A stretch of DNA of 61,813 nucleotides, the filler included, from Choristocarpus tenellus KU-1152 (lineage: Eukaryota; Protista; Phaeophyceae): the NCBI GenBank assembly GCA_964200185.2. It is 8 parts of 8 records of this genome, joined end to end, with 100 filler letters (N's around TTAATTAATTAA, not from the genome) between each part and the next. Parts side by side here need not be neighbours in the genome. Positions count along the whole stretch, not along the records: positions 1 to 17,630 come from CAXNAD020000647.1; positions 17,731 to 28,035 come from CAXNAD020003004.1; 6 more parts are not named here. One strand, written 5' to 3'. Below, piece after piece: positions 15,101 through 27,600 of the stretch. Each line of letters starts with the position of its first letter. The stretch's first letter is position 1. The notes beneath the pieces are model-generated. The model was not told where the DNA came from. It did not search any database and saw only the letters and a list, made by a program, of their open reading frames with translations. The position numbers were made by a program, and so were the translations under genes.

Positions 15101-15220
15101 CACTTTCCTCCTTCCCTGGGGAGGGGATCGACTGACTGAGCTTGGTAAACACCATTCACAGAGTGCCCCAGTCTACTACTTAGTACATACCACTGTCCAA
15201 ATTGTCAATGTTCCTCTTAA

Positions 15221-15270
<50 letters not shown>

Positions 15271-15282
15271 ACCCCCTCCCCT

Positions 15283-15314
<32 letters not shown>

Positions 15315-17269
15315 CCCCCCCCCCCCCCCTCCTTACACACACCCCCCCCCCCAATTCCTTTTTTCTCTCTTTTGTTCCCCCCCCCCCCCCCCCCCCACCC
15401 TCCCTTCTCTACTGTTACTAGTACTATAGTTCTTGCTAAAGAAGACCTCCATCTCATATTGCATAAAGCCATCCTCTCCTTTATGCATCATTTGCTGTCT
15501 ACACTGTGCAATCAATAAAATACCCAGTAAAAACAAAAGCCATTGCATCCATGATCTTCCACCAATGGCAATCAACCCGCACAGTAATCTCAACCAATAA
15601 CACATCAGCCTGTAACCGATAGTCTGTCCTGAAGCAGGCAATTGTGGTGGTAGAATATTGCAAGAGATGGACATGCACTGTTCAGAGGAAGAACTCCAAC
15701 CACTATCAATCCACGACTGAGATTTCTCTGTTAAAAGGACAAGCAGTGAGGGACACCTCACCTCTTCCAGCATTGGCAGTTCCAGTCCATTAAGGGCATC
15801 CAAAGGGGGATCTCCAGGAGAACACACACGGAAGCACTGACCACAACATGGAGAGGGGAGAGGGTGGGTATTAGTTTCGACACAAAAAATCATGTAACTC
15901 ACACACTACATTATGGGGGTGGTAGGGGGTCAGCTTAGTGCGTATGATTGAATATGCTCATTTTTTTGTTAATCACCGAAATGTGAACATTCACAGAGAG
16001 TAGTGCATAAGAGGTACACACACAGGCTCAACACGTTAAGATTCAGGGTCACGAAGAACATAGGCGCAGTACAAGCAAGTATGCTTCATGATACATCCAT
16101 TATCAATACCAATCACTCTGTTGCAATCAAAGGCACCAGTAGTTGTCCATCTGCACCACCTGTACAAGAGGTAACGCAATTCTCTCGAATTGCACCTATT
16201 TGCACGTGCTTGTTTCCTCTCATTGACACCCTTTCCTCCAGCACAGTTCCAGGAGAGTGAGTACCCCAATAACAGGTACACTTGGGTGGGGGTGCCTAAG
16301 AGGACATCCCAGACCTCACACAAACAACAAGTGCCTCCTTTTGCAAACCCTAACCCTATTGGAATACACCGATAATACAACAAGCGAATAACAAACTTTC
16401 CCCGAGAGAGGATGGACACAAGGCCATGCCTGTACCTACTCAACCAGTAAACTCCCCAAATAGATGAACTCCACATCTCCGCTCAAGAAATCTCAAGAAC
16501 AGAGACACGAGAACAACAACCCCCCCCCAAACAACGTGAGAGCGGCGGTCAATGTAATTAGATGTAATTGGATGCACACCTCCCGCACAAGTCCATGTGC
16601 ATCGTTCCTGTTCTGTGATGACCCAATCACCCACCTGCTTGCAAGATCCCCCAACAGAGAGGTCCCAAATCGCAGCCTGGTTTTGCCCCGCTGCAACAAT
16701 CACATGCGGGCCCAAGGAGTTGTCTTGAGGAGGCAGGCGGCTACAGGTTGCCAACTTGTGTACCGGACCCCTCGAGGAGTGGCGCCACAACCGAACCATG
16801 ACCTTCGCGGCGCAGAGGAATCACAAGCAATTCGCACCAGAGGGGGAACCGAAATGTTTACACTGTAGAGGTGTTTACACTGTGGAGGTGTTTACACTGT
16901 GGAGGTGTTTACACTGTGGAGGTGTTTACACTGTAGAGGTGTTTACACTGTAGAGGTGTTTACACTGTAGAGGTAGGGTGTAATCAGTTTGATATCGAAA
17001 CATAAACAAGCAAGAAAGAGCGAGTCTAACCTACTCTGCTCTTGGAGTGCAGTTTCATCCACAATGTATGTAGCAAACACACAGCTGCACAGGTTCTTGA
17101 ACGATGTATGCGTGGAATGTGTGTGTATACTGTCTGTCACCTGGAAGCGGATGTCCCAGAGCATGACAAAGCCTCTGCTGGTGCCCACAACCAGCCAGCT
17201 CTTCTCAGTCCCAAGGGAGACAGCTGTTAGAAATCCCAACTCAGGGTGAGCCCGGAGGGACCAAGGTTC
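12118..17269 (-). CDS. VPS15: Vps15 / phosphoinositide 3-kinase regulatory subunit 4, C-terminal WD40 region (5'-partial, 7 exons)
   Basis: Phase-consistent GT-AG exons 17269-17141, 16802-16635, 15836-15762, 14406-14279, 13279-13183, 12812-12651, 12243-12118 (TAG). Translation includes EPWSLRAHPELGFLTAVSLGTEKSWLVVGTSRGFVMLWDIRFQ, YLITGGEDRCIRYWD and GHDDAVLDVKITELPIKMVLSGSRDGVVKIWR*, matching the Vps15 WD40 tail. Upstream exons are lost at the 17631 gap. Confidence 0.88.
15224..15400. repeat. Poly-C/poly-G tract within a Vps15 intron
   Basis: Roughly 170 bp dominated by C runs. The length may be inflated by sequencing artefact. Confidence 0.8.
16855..16973 (+). repeat. 17-bp minisatellite, 7 copies (tgtttacactgt[a/g]gagg)
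   Basis: Read directly. It lies in the Vps15 intron 16803-17140. Confidence 0.95.
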
Positions 17270-17630
17270 CTTGAGGTGGCACCGGGCAAGCAGGGAGAAG
17301 GGAGGGTGTAGTGAAAGGACAGCTGGGCAGGATGCGTCAGTGTGGGGAAAATGTAGACCCTTGTACAGGAAGCAGAGTGAGTTAAGCTTCAGGGGCAGGC
17401 AGAGGTAGAGGTGAGTGAATGTTCACATGAAACCTCACCAGTCCTATCCAAAACATTACCCCAACATGCCCCTCAGCAATATCTTGCAGAACCCTCATAT
17501 CATCAAGGTACACACTTGAAACATAGACACATAAAAACAAAGTATGATTCCTTACCTCAACACCCCATCTACTCCCAGAAGACCTATCCCTACAAATAAT
17601 GCCCCCCCCCCCCCACCCCCCCCCCCCCCC

Positions 17631-17730
17631 NNNNNNNNNNNNNNNNNNNNNNNNNNNNNNNNNNNNNNNNNNNNTTAATTAATTAANNNNNNNNNNNNNN
17701 NNNNNNNNNNNNNNNNNNNNNNNNNNNNNN
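17631..17730. other. Artificial assembly linker (44N-TTAATTAATTAA-44N); identical linkers at 28036-28135, 33439-33538, 39924-40023, 45018-45117, 49925-50024, 57259-57358
   Basis: Identical 100-bp structure seven times. TTAATTAATTAA supplies stops in all six frames. Confidence 0.97.
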
Positions 17731-18006
17731 CCCCCCTCCCCCCAGATACTTTGGGTCCCACCTTGTTTCTTCATACTGGAGAAAATACTTAGCTCGTCAC
17801 ATGGGACTGTTGTTGGCTCCTTGGGATGTTCTTGATTCATCGTTCATCGTCTTCTCGACTCCTTGAGACGTCCTGGGACCCATCCCACCTTCCTTTTTCT
17901 TCTAATTGGGGGGTATTGGTCGGTATTGTGGCATCAGTGGTTCAAAAGCCACATTCTCGGTGAGGAACGGACCTTGAGAACAGGCGTGAGGGCATTCACA
18001 CTTGTT

Positions 18007-18216
18007 GCATCAATGGCCTACACTCCAGATCATGGCTTCAGGATCTCTTTCTACAACCTTGGGGCTATGTAAAAGAGTGCGGAACGCCTTGCTGTGTGCA
18101 CCAGGTCGCATCAATGGCCTGCACTCAAGATCACGACTTCAGAGTCTCTCTCTACGACCTTTATGCTATGCAAGAGTGTAGGCCTCCTTACAGTGTGTAC
18201 TGAGTCACATCAATGG
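18007..18216 (+). repeat. About 100-bp diverged tandem repeat (two copies plus the start of a third)
   Basis: Units beginning (g/a)catcaatgg recur at 18007, 18108 and 18207, with conserved downstream blocks. Confidence 0.75.
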
Positions 18217-18780
18217 ACCGTCCTTCATATCAGACCCTGACCTCAGGGTCTCCCCTCTAATAAAGGGAAGATTGAGATTATGTGTGGGGGTGCTGACAGA
18301 AATACTATGGTTGTGTCTTCGGGCTACCCCTTTTTTCTGTAGAGTAGGTTCCACTTTATTCACGTCTCACTCTTGCCGCCCATTGGTGCTCTCACTCTTT
18401 ATCCGCGTTATCCTCTATTGCAACCACCAGTTTCAGGTACGGAATTAACCAGCAGTTCGATCAGTCCCTACTCAGGCGTAGATTTTCGCTGTTGTCATTT
18501 CGGGAAGGGCCGAAGGTAGCTAAGGCAACCCAAGATGAGCTCTATTTGTCACACATAGGTACCCATCTCAAGAAGGTATGAAACAAGGAGAAAAGAGGAA
18601 GACTGGGTACCCAGGCTGAATACCTTGAGAAGAGGAGACACAAAAAAATCAAGACAAGTCCAAAATGTCCATTCTTCAGGAGCAACAAACAAGAGCACGT
18701 TGGAAATGGCAAAAGGGGGAGAGGAATTGTTACATACAGATGATTGGGGCACAATACAATACTGGATTTGTTTCCAACAA

Positions 18781-18990
18781 GGGGTGAGTCTTTCCATGAC
18801 AGTATCCTATTTCTATGTGACTACACGGGACATTTTTTTTTTCTGCATTTATTTTCCATTGCAATTCTGAGGGGGGAGAGTCTTTCTATGACACTACCCT
18901 ATTTCAATATTACAGTGATTTTGTGCCTTTTCATTTGCCTTCATAGTTGTCCAGGGGGAGAGTCCTTCTATGACAGTACCCTACCCTTAT
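18781..18990 (+). repeat. About 85-90-bp diverged tandem repeat, 3 copies
   Basis: gggg.gagtc.ttc.atgaca.ta.ccta occurs at about 18781, 18871 and 18954. Confidence 0.7.
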
Positions 18991-19379
18991 ATTGTTGTGA
19001 GAAATTTTCTTTGTCTGTAGTTTCTTATTTTCGTTTTTCTGAGGGATAGTCTATAATATTACCTCTTCTTCTTGCTGGGGGGGCATGTAACTGGCAATGG
19101 GTCTTAATGGTGGTTTCATAAACACCATCAGGACCTCGAAACCGTAGATTTTATATGTTGTGCTTCTTGACCATTTACTATTACGTCATTGTGAGGCCAT
19201 TCATCGCCTGTTTGTCAGGTCTTTCTACACCTAAATCAAATCATAGACTGAAGAATCAAATTAAGAGGTCTAGTAGGTTTGTTATATTCCATTGCGGCAC
19301 CGTCTGCAAGCCTCATCATCTGCTTACAGGGTTGTGGATTGGAACTACATATGCCATCATGGTAAGCTGTGGGAGCGTT

Positions 19380-20310
19380 TTGTATCACTTCTGTTTGACC
19401 AAAGTTCAACTTGGAAGGTTTCAAAGTAAGGCTGACATTCTGAAGGGCAATTTAATGCTTCTGAAGATAAGCTGTGTGATGTTCCCGTGTGGCAGAACAA
19501 AGAAAGAGGTCATCCATATAGTTAACCAGATCTGATTCCGTGCTGAACAAATAGGACTTAGGGCTAACCCTAACCCCAACTCGATCCATTGTGCTGCAAA
19601 AAAAAAGTGGGTATTTCTAAGTATGAAAGGAAGTGGTTTCCATATAAACTTTCCTTTGCTGTTGAGAAAAAAGGTCTTGTCAACATCTGCTTCCACCAGA
19701 GTAGTTGATGATATGCGGATTGTACATCTGCCACAGCGAGAAATATTGCTGCACCAATGGAATGGAGGTGTTCCTTGGCTAAGGGTATGAGTTAAGACTG
19801 CTAAACAAGGTCCATGTTAGTGATCTTTCCATAATCTATGCAGAATCTTGGAGTACTATCTGCTTTGGCTATAATAGCAATAGGGGATCCCTAAGTTCTA
19901 GAGGAAGCTTCATTGACTCCTTGGCTTTGTAAGGCTTCAGCACATCTATCTATAGTACCTATGACATCGGGATTGACTCTAAATATGATGCCCAGTTATT
20001 AGATCTAGTGCATGGTTCGAGGGGAAAATCTGGGAAAATCTGCTCCAGCAATTGCAAGTTTCCAACTCTGAGGTGTTGAGGGAAAGCGCTGAACAGAATC
20101 GGGTGCTGTTGTGAAAATGTTGTGTTGACAAAACCAGATTTAGAGCAGTATTAAGACGAATCCATTCCGATTGAGGCAGAGGAGTTGTTGAAGATAGAGC
20201 ACCAAGTTGTGTGGATTTCGTGCTGACTATATCTACTCGGCAGATGTGATAGGTTGAAGTACCTTTTGGTATATGGACTGTTTGGAGAGACATGTTAGCA
20301 AGTTGCACAA
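19380..20310 (-). mobile_element. Gypsy/Ty3 reverse transcriptase relic
   Basis: DKTFFLNSKGKFIWKPLPFILRN...TMDRV/LSP...VNYMDDLFLCSATREHH...LQNVSLTLKPSKLNFGQTEV contains the YxDD motif and flanking Gypsy RT motifs, with frameshifts and stops. Confidence 0.8.
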
Positions 20311-20577
20311 ACCCTGAACCATCGTCAGCATTTCACCTTGTCAGTATTCGGGCAATAGCAAAAAAGCTGCCAAGGATCATGGGCATTCTGTTGATCAATG
20401 TCATAGAAGGAACAGATATGTAGTTCTATCTCAACAGTACAATAAGTGGTAGATGGAGGCTCGTCATTAACAACAGTTATTATATTTTCTGACTTCAGGG
20501 GAGTGGGAATTTTTTCCTGGAGATAAAAAGGGGCAGGTTGAATTTGAGCATGTATAGCTTCTATCTGAAAAGAAGAT

Positions 20578-20838
20578 GAGTCAAAGTATCTTTGAAGGTA
20601 AAGTATCCATTTGGGGGCCAAAATCCAATGTTCCGACCGATTTTGATGTAATTTTGGCTGTCGTGTTTGTTAGGGAGTGTCAATATCCTTGTTCCTGAGA
20701 CATGTTTTCATTACGTACACATCTTACCTACTCCAAAACACTTCGGAGTAGGAAAATGTCGTTAAAAAAAACAACGAGAAGCCAAGCCCCAAACGGACAA
20801 ACAGGGCAAAACTCGTACCCTCTAAGACACTTTCACTC
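20578..20838 (+). mobile_element. MITE family A copy (GAG...CTC termini, 4-bp TSD; Sola2-like)
   Basis: Homologous to 28806-29064, 30015-30273 and 61097-61355. Termini are gagtcaaagtatc and gacactttcactc, with flanks agat/tgat. Confidence 0.8.
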
Positions 20839-20999
20839 TGATTTGAGATACAAAGGAAGAGAAGCATAGTGCGACTAGGCACTGGTGAACCGTGCTAAAG
20901 CAAGAAATTTATTATCGTTGCGCTCTGCACCTTGAGGGAAGAATGGATGTGAAGCACATTTGCTCTGAATATTCCGAGGAAAGAACTGTGGTTGAGGTA

Positions 21000-22300
21000 T
21001 GAGAAAACTGAATCCGTACTTGAAACGTGTTGCGAATATTTTGAGGAAAGAACGGTCCTTGAGGTGCTAGGGGTACTGTGTGCTTCTTGCAGACTTAGAG
21101 AGTGGTCAACTGGATGTACAAGGCAGAAGGGTATGAGGAATATACATTAGATATGACAGAGACAACGGTGAGTAAACACGATGCCAGAGAATTAGTCAGT
21201 GGAATTATTCTGCATTTGGAGTCCTTGAAGCAGTGCCATTCGATGATAGCTTCTATGCTCTGCAAATACAGCAAACAGCATGTTGGCAGTGGAATCTAAC
21301 CCTAACCCTAAGTAGACTGTGCATACACGATCAATGGTTGGTTTATCGCGTTGTTGTCAAATTGTGCCACGCATGCGGAAACTTGTCAGAAGTGTAAGTA
21401 CATCAATAGTGTGGGATGGAAGACGCATGTCCGAAGGAAAAGTAGCTAATGCCATTTTCTGCAAAGAAGTTGTATGGGAAATAAACGCAGACTGTTATAT
21501 TCCTTGTATCCACAAGATTCCAAGTAAGGTCCATGTTAGGTGGACATTTTGCCTCAGCTGCTTTGCGTAATTCCGCGTTGATGGATTGATATCTGGGGCT
21601 GTGGTAGATGAAATTTTTGACCTGGAGAGGGTATCTTTGATGACACTAGTGGGACATTCTGAGAGGTTTGTTGGCCAGGCGGATTGTTTTAAGAGGAAAA
21701 CCAATGTATGATTATCCGCAGGCATCAATTGTTGGGCAACGCTGGTCCACCACTGGAAATCCATGACAACGAATATTCCTGGTGAATTGTGGAGATGAAT
21801 TCTCCTCCCGTACTCTACGAATACCTCATCAAAGGATTGAGGATCTTCGTGATGAAAGGGTGGTAGAAAGTCCTTGACTGGGTCTCTTTCTTTAAATTCC
21901 TCCGCCATGAATATTGAAAAGAGGTTTTCAGTGTTGTAGAAGTGGTGTTTCATTTCCTCTGTTGAGCTATATTTTAATTGGAATGAAGTGGAATAAGTAC
22001 ACGGGATAGGTATTGGTGCTCAATGTTCGGGCAATGTGCTAAGAGTGCCAAAAGTACTATTCAAGAACTCTCCAACTTCAGGACAGCAACAGGGTCGTTG
22101 CCACCATGGAAACTGATGGACAGGTTCTTAACATTGAAGGGGAGGAGTGGGAAGGCCCCATGAATAAATGGAAGGAGAGACAAGGCAGAAGGTCAAGCAA
22201 TCCTAAGAAGATTTCTCAGGAAGGAGTGACAAGGGAAGTGAATGAGTGGGGGTTGTAAGCTCCTCTCAACATCCTGATATTGGCGTCAGTAGGAAGGAAC
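21000..22300 (-). mobile_element. Decayed retrotransposon-like relic
   Basis: A degenerate 152-aa ORF contains RNYAKQLRQNVHLTW, resembling the post-integrase helix of Gypsy pol. The assignment is weak. Confidence 0.3.
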
Positions 22301-22477
22301 GATGGTGTCGTACAAGGTAACACACTATGAGGTATATCTCGCAAAGGAATGCCACTTTAAAGGTATACCTTGGTATGAAGGTGACTCTGATATGTCTATG
22401 TTTGTTGTAGGTCAAACAGAAACGAAACAAAACAATTACTCATAGGGATAACACACGAAACTAAAAGTTGAGACGAC

Positions 22478-24652
22478 ATGAGAGGGAAAACTTTCGGGCG
22501 AGGTGCTGCGACGGCTGCCCTCTTGATGTACTCATGCCCATCGGTGGTAAGGCTTGGTGCGGACCTTTCTCCTACTTTATGAAAACAGCACACAATTGTT
22601 AATGTCGACTTGCCACCTTGGACGAACCAATGACCAACCAACTTTGAAATCCTTCTGAGCCTTCCCCTCCTTCCCTAACCACCAGACTTCCTCTGAAGGA
22701 ACGATCCGAAAAAATCCTATAAATGTTGGTGGTGGGCTCGCTGCTTTCAATACTACATCCGATGAGCCTTCACCCGCCTTGTCGATGGCGGATGCAAGGG
22801 CTGTACAAAGACGATTAGTAGAAGTTCAGCAGATCCGGGAGGAGGCAACCATGCTACACAAATCGGGGGATTATGTTGGAGCCTCTGCAGGTTTCTTACA
22901 GGCAGTGAACTTACTAGAGTCAGCAGACGTCACCGCCCCCCTGCCAGCCCTGCACGCGAACCGCCTTTCGCTGGCAGCCGCTCAACTGAAGGTGCTGTAG
23001 TTGAGAAGGTGTTTCGATCGGGGTGAGAGAGCTAGAGATGTGTACTATTTCGAATTTGCGTTTATGTCCTGAAATGCAAGGTATCTTTCCGTTCCCGCAA
23101 TGTATTCAATGTTACAGCACGCGGAAACAATGTTCGAAATTGGTGAGTGACAGCATTGGAGGGTTACGTGGTGGCGTTGTTGCCCCCCCTCCTGAGTAAA
23201 TCGTTCGCACTCCTCTTGCCGTCTCGTATCTCAGCTTAACGACTTTATTGCGGCGGAAAGAACTTGCTCGCTTATTCTCAAGACACTTGGGCTACCGCGT
23301 CCCCTGCGCCAGAAGGCGTACTATAGGAGGGCCTTAGCTCGGTTTCGCCAGGTTTGTTCAATTAACGGAGATTTAGGGTTATCTATTGCACCAGCAGGAG
23401 ATAAGGAGGCATCTACAGGATTACCTGTGAAGGCTTACAGGGATGCCTACCTGGCCTTGAGGCTGTCGCAGGGTGATGGGTTGGAAAGCGGCGATGAAAA
23501 GGCCAGCAGGCTTCTGAAGGACATTGAAAGTGACGAGTGGGCTTCAGTCTTTGATCGTCCAACAGAGAGTGACCGGGCAGGTGGGCGCAATTATTTCCAT
23601 GTACTCGTGGCTGCAGTTGGTTCCATATGCATTACACTTGTTGTAGCAGACTGTGTGAGGTGATCATGATTGTCTCCAGACGAGACTTGCTAACATCGTT
23701 TTTTCACACCACCTTTTGGGATTATAGTTTTAACACCAACTGTGTGTGAGACATTGTTTGCAACAACAGGGTTTGAAACAATGTGCATATAACGATCAAA
23801 CAGCCTCTCTATGCTTCATGGGTCTGTCTTCAGCTCATCCATATGTCTTGTTGCTAGCAAGACATGTAGGAAGATTAAGTGAGAAGTACTGGGTATAGGA
23901 AGTGGCACAGGGAAGAGAGGAGTTTACAGAGGATATCTCGAATTTTTATCTACTTTTCGTAAGTCTTAAGTTCTGTGCCATCTGTTGCAGGTGTTTGGTC
24001 TGAGTCTCAAACTCAGATCATCAAAGAATACAAGTAGAAGTGATATCTTATCCCTCCTTTTCAATATATAACATTTATAGCTAAAATAAATTGAATCATA
24101 TGTAAGGACTGGAATATTTATTCATTTTTCACCCACAAAATAGGCTACATTGTCATTTCTGCACCCACATACCACCAGAATCAAGATGTACATTGCTGGC
24201 TTGTTTTGTGTGCCTTTGCTTTAATCTTACTTTTCTGAAGCTAACCCTATCCCTAACCCTAAACATTTTTGTGTCTATACATATTATTGTGATTGCTGTT
24301 CATAGCGGCAAGGGAAAAGGCAGAGGAACACCTTGCTTCTCTAGCTGGGTCCACTGCAGCTTTGACTGCAGGTGACACTGGGGGGATGTTTGACCTGTTT
24401 GGCACTGGGGGGCACTTGAACCAAGGCACGGCGGAAAGGGGGTTAGGTCCTCCGGGCGACATGTCTGGACTCATGGAACTGCTGGGGCCTGCAGGGGGTA
24501 GTCCTGCTGCTGGGAAAGGGGGAAGTTTAGGTGGCCTGATGTCAATGGTGGCAGGAATGGGAGGGGCAAGTGGAACTGGGGGACTGGGAGGTGGTGATGG
24601 AGGAGGGTTGGACAAGAAGAAAATGAAGAAAATAGTCAAGACCGTCAGCAAG
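22478..24652 (+). CDS. TPR-repeat protein with Gly/Met-rich low-complexity segment (3'-partial, 4 exons)
   Basis: Exons 22478-22546 (ATG...GTG|gtaagg), 22686-22991, 23235-23580 and 24306-24652 join in phase without stops. TPR-like helices REEATMLHKSGDYVGASAGFLQAV, LSLAAAQLKLNDFIAAERTCS and QKAYYRRALARF are followed by GGMFDLFG...GDMSGLMELLG...GGLMSMVAGMGG. The first exon is the least certain, and no stop codon was located. Confidence 0.72.
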
Positions 24653-27600
24653 GTGTGGAATACACAAATATTTAATATTCTAATATTAATATTCTTAGGT
24701 ATAGAGTTCATGTTTGTGGTTCTGTGTGTAAGGTTTTAGCAACATTCAATACTTAAGCAACTTTTTCTTTCTAGGAGGTGCAAGCATCGTGTATTCCAAG
24801 GTAATTACCATGTACATCTGCGACACATCTAGATCCTGGTCATGATCATGTCACAGGCTGTGTATACTACAGCCTCCAACCCTAAACATGTGGAAACAAT
24901 GAGTGCATTGCTTGAGGCAATTCTGCTGCATCCTTTCGTCTTCATGAGTTGAATAGACCTAAGAAAGTGCTTGAGCTGGCAGGGTTAAGGGGTACTTTCA
25001 ATTAGGGTTAGGGAAATGGTCACACTTGTGTTGAAGGCATAATGAATTCTCAGGCCAAGTGTGAGGTGAATCCCATAAATTTTAATCCCTGGGTTACAGT
25101 TAGGGTTAGGGTCTGGAGCTCTACCCTTTCTCTATCTAAAGCATCTAAAGAGAGCAATTGATACAATGGTCCTTACCGTCCAACTACACTCAGTTATGCA
25201 TAACTTCATAATATCTATTCACCAAATTTCCAGTCCCCTGACTTCCTGAAATGGTTGTGATGCAAAGTTTTATCCTACAAGAACACATGTCCCCTTGTTC
25301 TAGAATAGATTGAACCTAAGAGGGAGGTTGGTTTTTACCCTTCTTATTTTGAAAGCCTTTTTAAACCTTGCACAATAAGCACTATGTCCATGCCTGAAAT
25401 GCAGTCAACCCTAACCCTAACCCTTTTAGGAGGGTGTGGCTATAGAAGACAATTTGTTGTGGACACATTGTTAACCCAAAGTGCCCTCCTCTGTGCTCAA
25501 AACATAATTTTTTATATGTAGTCATGGAGGCCCTTGAAACTCGACAACACCACCACCTTAGTTGGTGTCACTCAAAGTAGAAATTATCTCTTGACTATGG
25601 TAGCCCTAACCCTAACTTCATGATTATGGAGGGAATTACTAATCAAGATTTTTACCCTGCTTTCTAGGTACTTTTTGAAATATCATTTTTTGCAAATTTT
25701 TTGCTAAATCGGACTGTCCTGATTGCAGTTTTCTCATTCTAAATATCATGTTTACTTGTGATGATTTAATGGGGTGAAAGTTTTTGATTTCAATTTCAAG
25801 TCTGTGTAATGCTTGACGCTCATCTCTCATCTATCTCTAAATATTCAGCTGTTGGTGTCCACGTAAATGCTGGGGGTCCTTTTGAAGGTCCTCATAGATC
25901 TCGGATTTTTCTAGATTGCACAAGGACAGTATAGAAGACCATAGTTGGTGGTAAGGGAGAAACGGATTAGAGTAGCAACTTTAACTTTGACTGGGGTTAG
26001 GGTTAGGGTTAGCTTTGATTCTTTTTTCGTAACCCTAACCCTAACCCTAAGTCAATCTCAAGTTATCAACGTCCCGAGGAAGGGATCCCAGGGTTAGGGA
26101 ATAGCAAAGGCAAGAGGTCAAAAGGGTCAACCTCAGAGGCACTGGCAGATGTAGGGATGCTACTAAAAAAAATGGAAAAAAAGTAGTGTGTGAAGGACTT
26201 AGGGTTAGGGTTAGGGTTAGAGTCCGAATGGCTGCAGCGAGGAAGAAATATGAAGGGATGCCACAAGACATAATGCTCTAAAGGGTAGGGAAGCTAATGC
26301 CAAAGGGCAAGTGGAGAAACTCAAGTTGGTCCATGGAGAGGTGCTTTACGATGGGCAGGCAGGTGTACTGCTGATTTTGGGGTCTGATTCGTGAATACGC
26401 TTGCTTTTTTAATGACTATCTTGATGACTATCTTAATGACTATCTGAATTTCCGAGAGGTAAAAGCATGTTGATGGAGTTGGTGTCCATACACCGTGGCA
26501 AGCTGTGATCGCCTTCCAGGTTGTAATGAATACCGTATGGAAGGCTTCTTCTTTAGGGTTAGGATTGTGCTTGACGGATTGCTGGCAGCATCATTTCCAA
26601 GAGATGTACCACCAGTTTGTTATCTACGAGCATATGGTATGGGTCAAATTGAGGCAGTGGAGGTTGTCCGCCTGGGTGTTAGGGTGGATGCAACCAAGTT
26701 TTCCGCATTGTGGAAACTTGAAAGAAGAAAAGGGACAAGTTTTGCACCTCTCTGGGACTGGGAGGGGGATTGTTCAAGGGAATCCAAAAAAGAAATGCAA
26801 GCTCCTTAAATTGCACCTTGTCGAGATGGAACTCTTCATCTTTACACAACACTCATTGGGGAATAATTGAGGTCTTCCATTGAGATTTGTTGACCTGGGT
26901 AAAGACAATGTTTGGGGCGGAATTCTCATTGAGGGATCTGGATCCCATCCTGGAAGTGGTTAGGGTTAGGGTTATGTCCAGAGAAGGTATTGAATCAAGG
27001 TCCCACCTCTAACAAAGAAGAGTAAATAATGTGTGTGCAGATTCCTGGTTGAATACTAGGTGACCATTAACCCTAACCCTTAAAGAAGTATTTGCAAAGG
27101 GAAGAACAATTGCTCAAGTGAGAGATGAGATAGGACTGTGGTGGTGGTACGGTTACCCTAACCCTAACTGGGATTAGGGTTAGGGTGGATGGAAACCAGC
27201 AGAGTGTGGCAAGCTAGTTGCTCATGCCCAGAGGGAGATGACAAGATGACAATATTCATGTTGTAGAGGAGAGGGAGATGACGAGATAATAGAGGGAGGC
27301 AAATCCAACCTCGCAAAAGGGTTTCACAAGCACTGAAAGACAAAAACAAGTTAGCAAGACAAATGGATGTTGTAGAGGGGGGAGGAGATGAGGAGATTTT
27401 GAAGGAGGTATTATGTTCCATGTTGAGTTAGGACTTTTTTAGATCCGGCTTGGCTTCACGTTTCGAGCAATATTTTGTTTGTCTAACTTGAATAATCTAG
27501 AAGATGCTTAATAATCTTGATTTCTACTTCCCTCCATAGTAGTGCATATTCTTTGCTTTGAATGAAGTGAATAAGTAGTCACTACTCTTTGTTTTACTCC

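Noticed and set aside
15176-15472. Poly-Pro/poly-Gly ORFs (extensin- or formin-like)
   Set aside because: They are the translation of an intronic poly-C tract inside Vps15.
16855-16973. CRISPR-like array
   Set aside because: Contiguous 17-bp units with no unique spacers, no cas genes, and an intronic eukaryotic context.
25990-26222. True chromosome end or telomere fusion site
   Set aside because: Tracts are only 3-4 units, are separated by unique sequence and are scattered, unlike a terminal array or a long head-to-head fusion.
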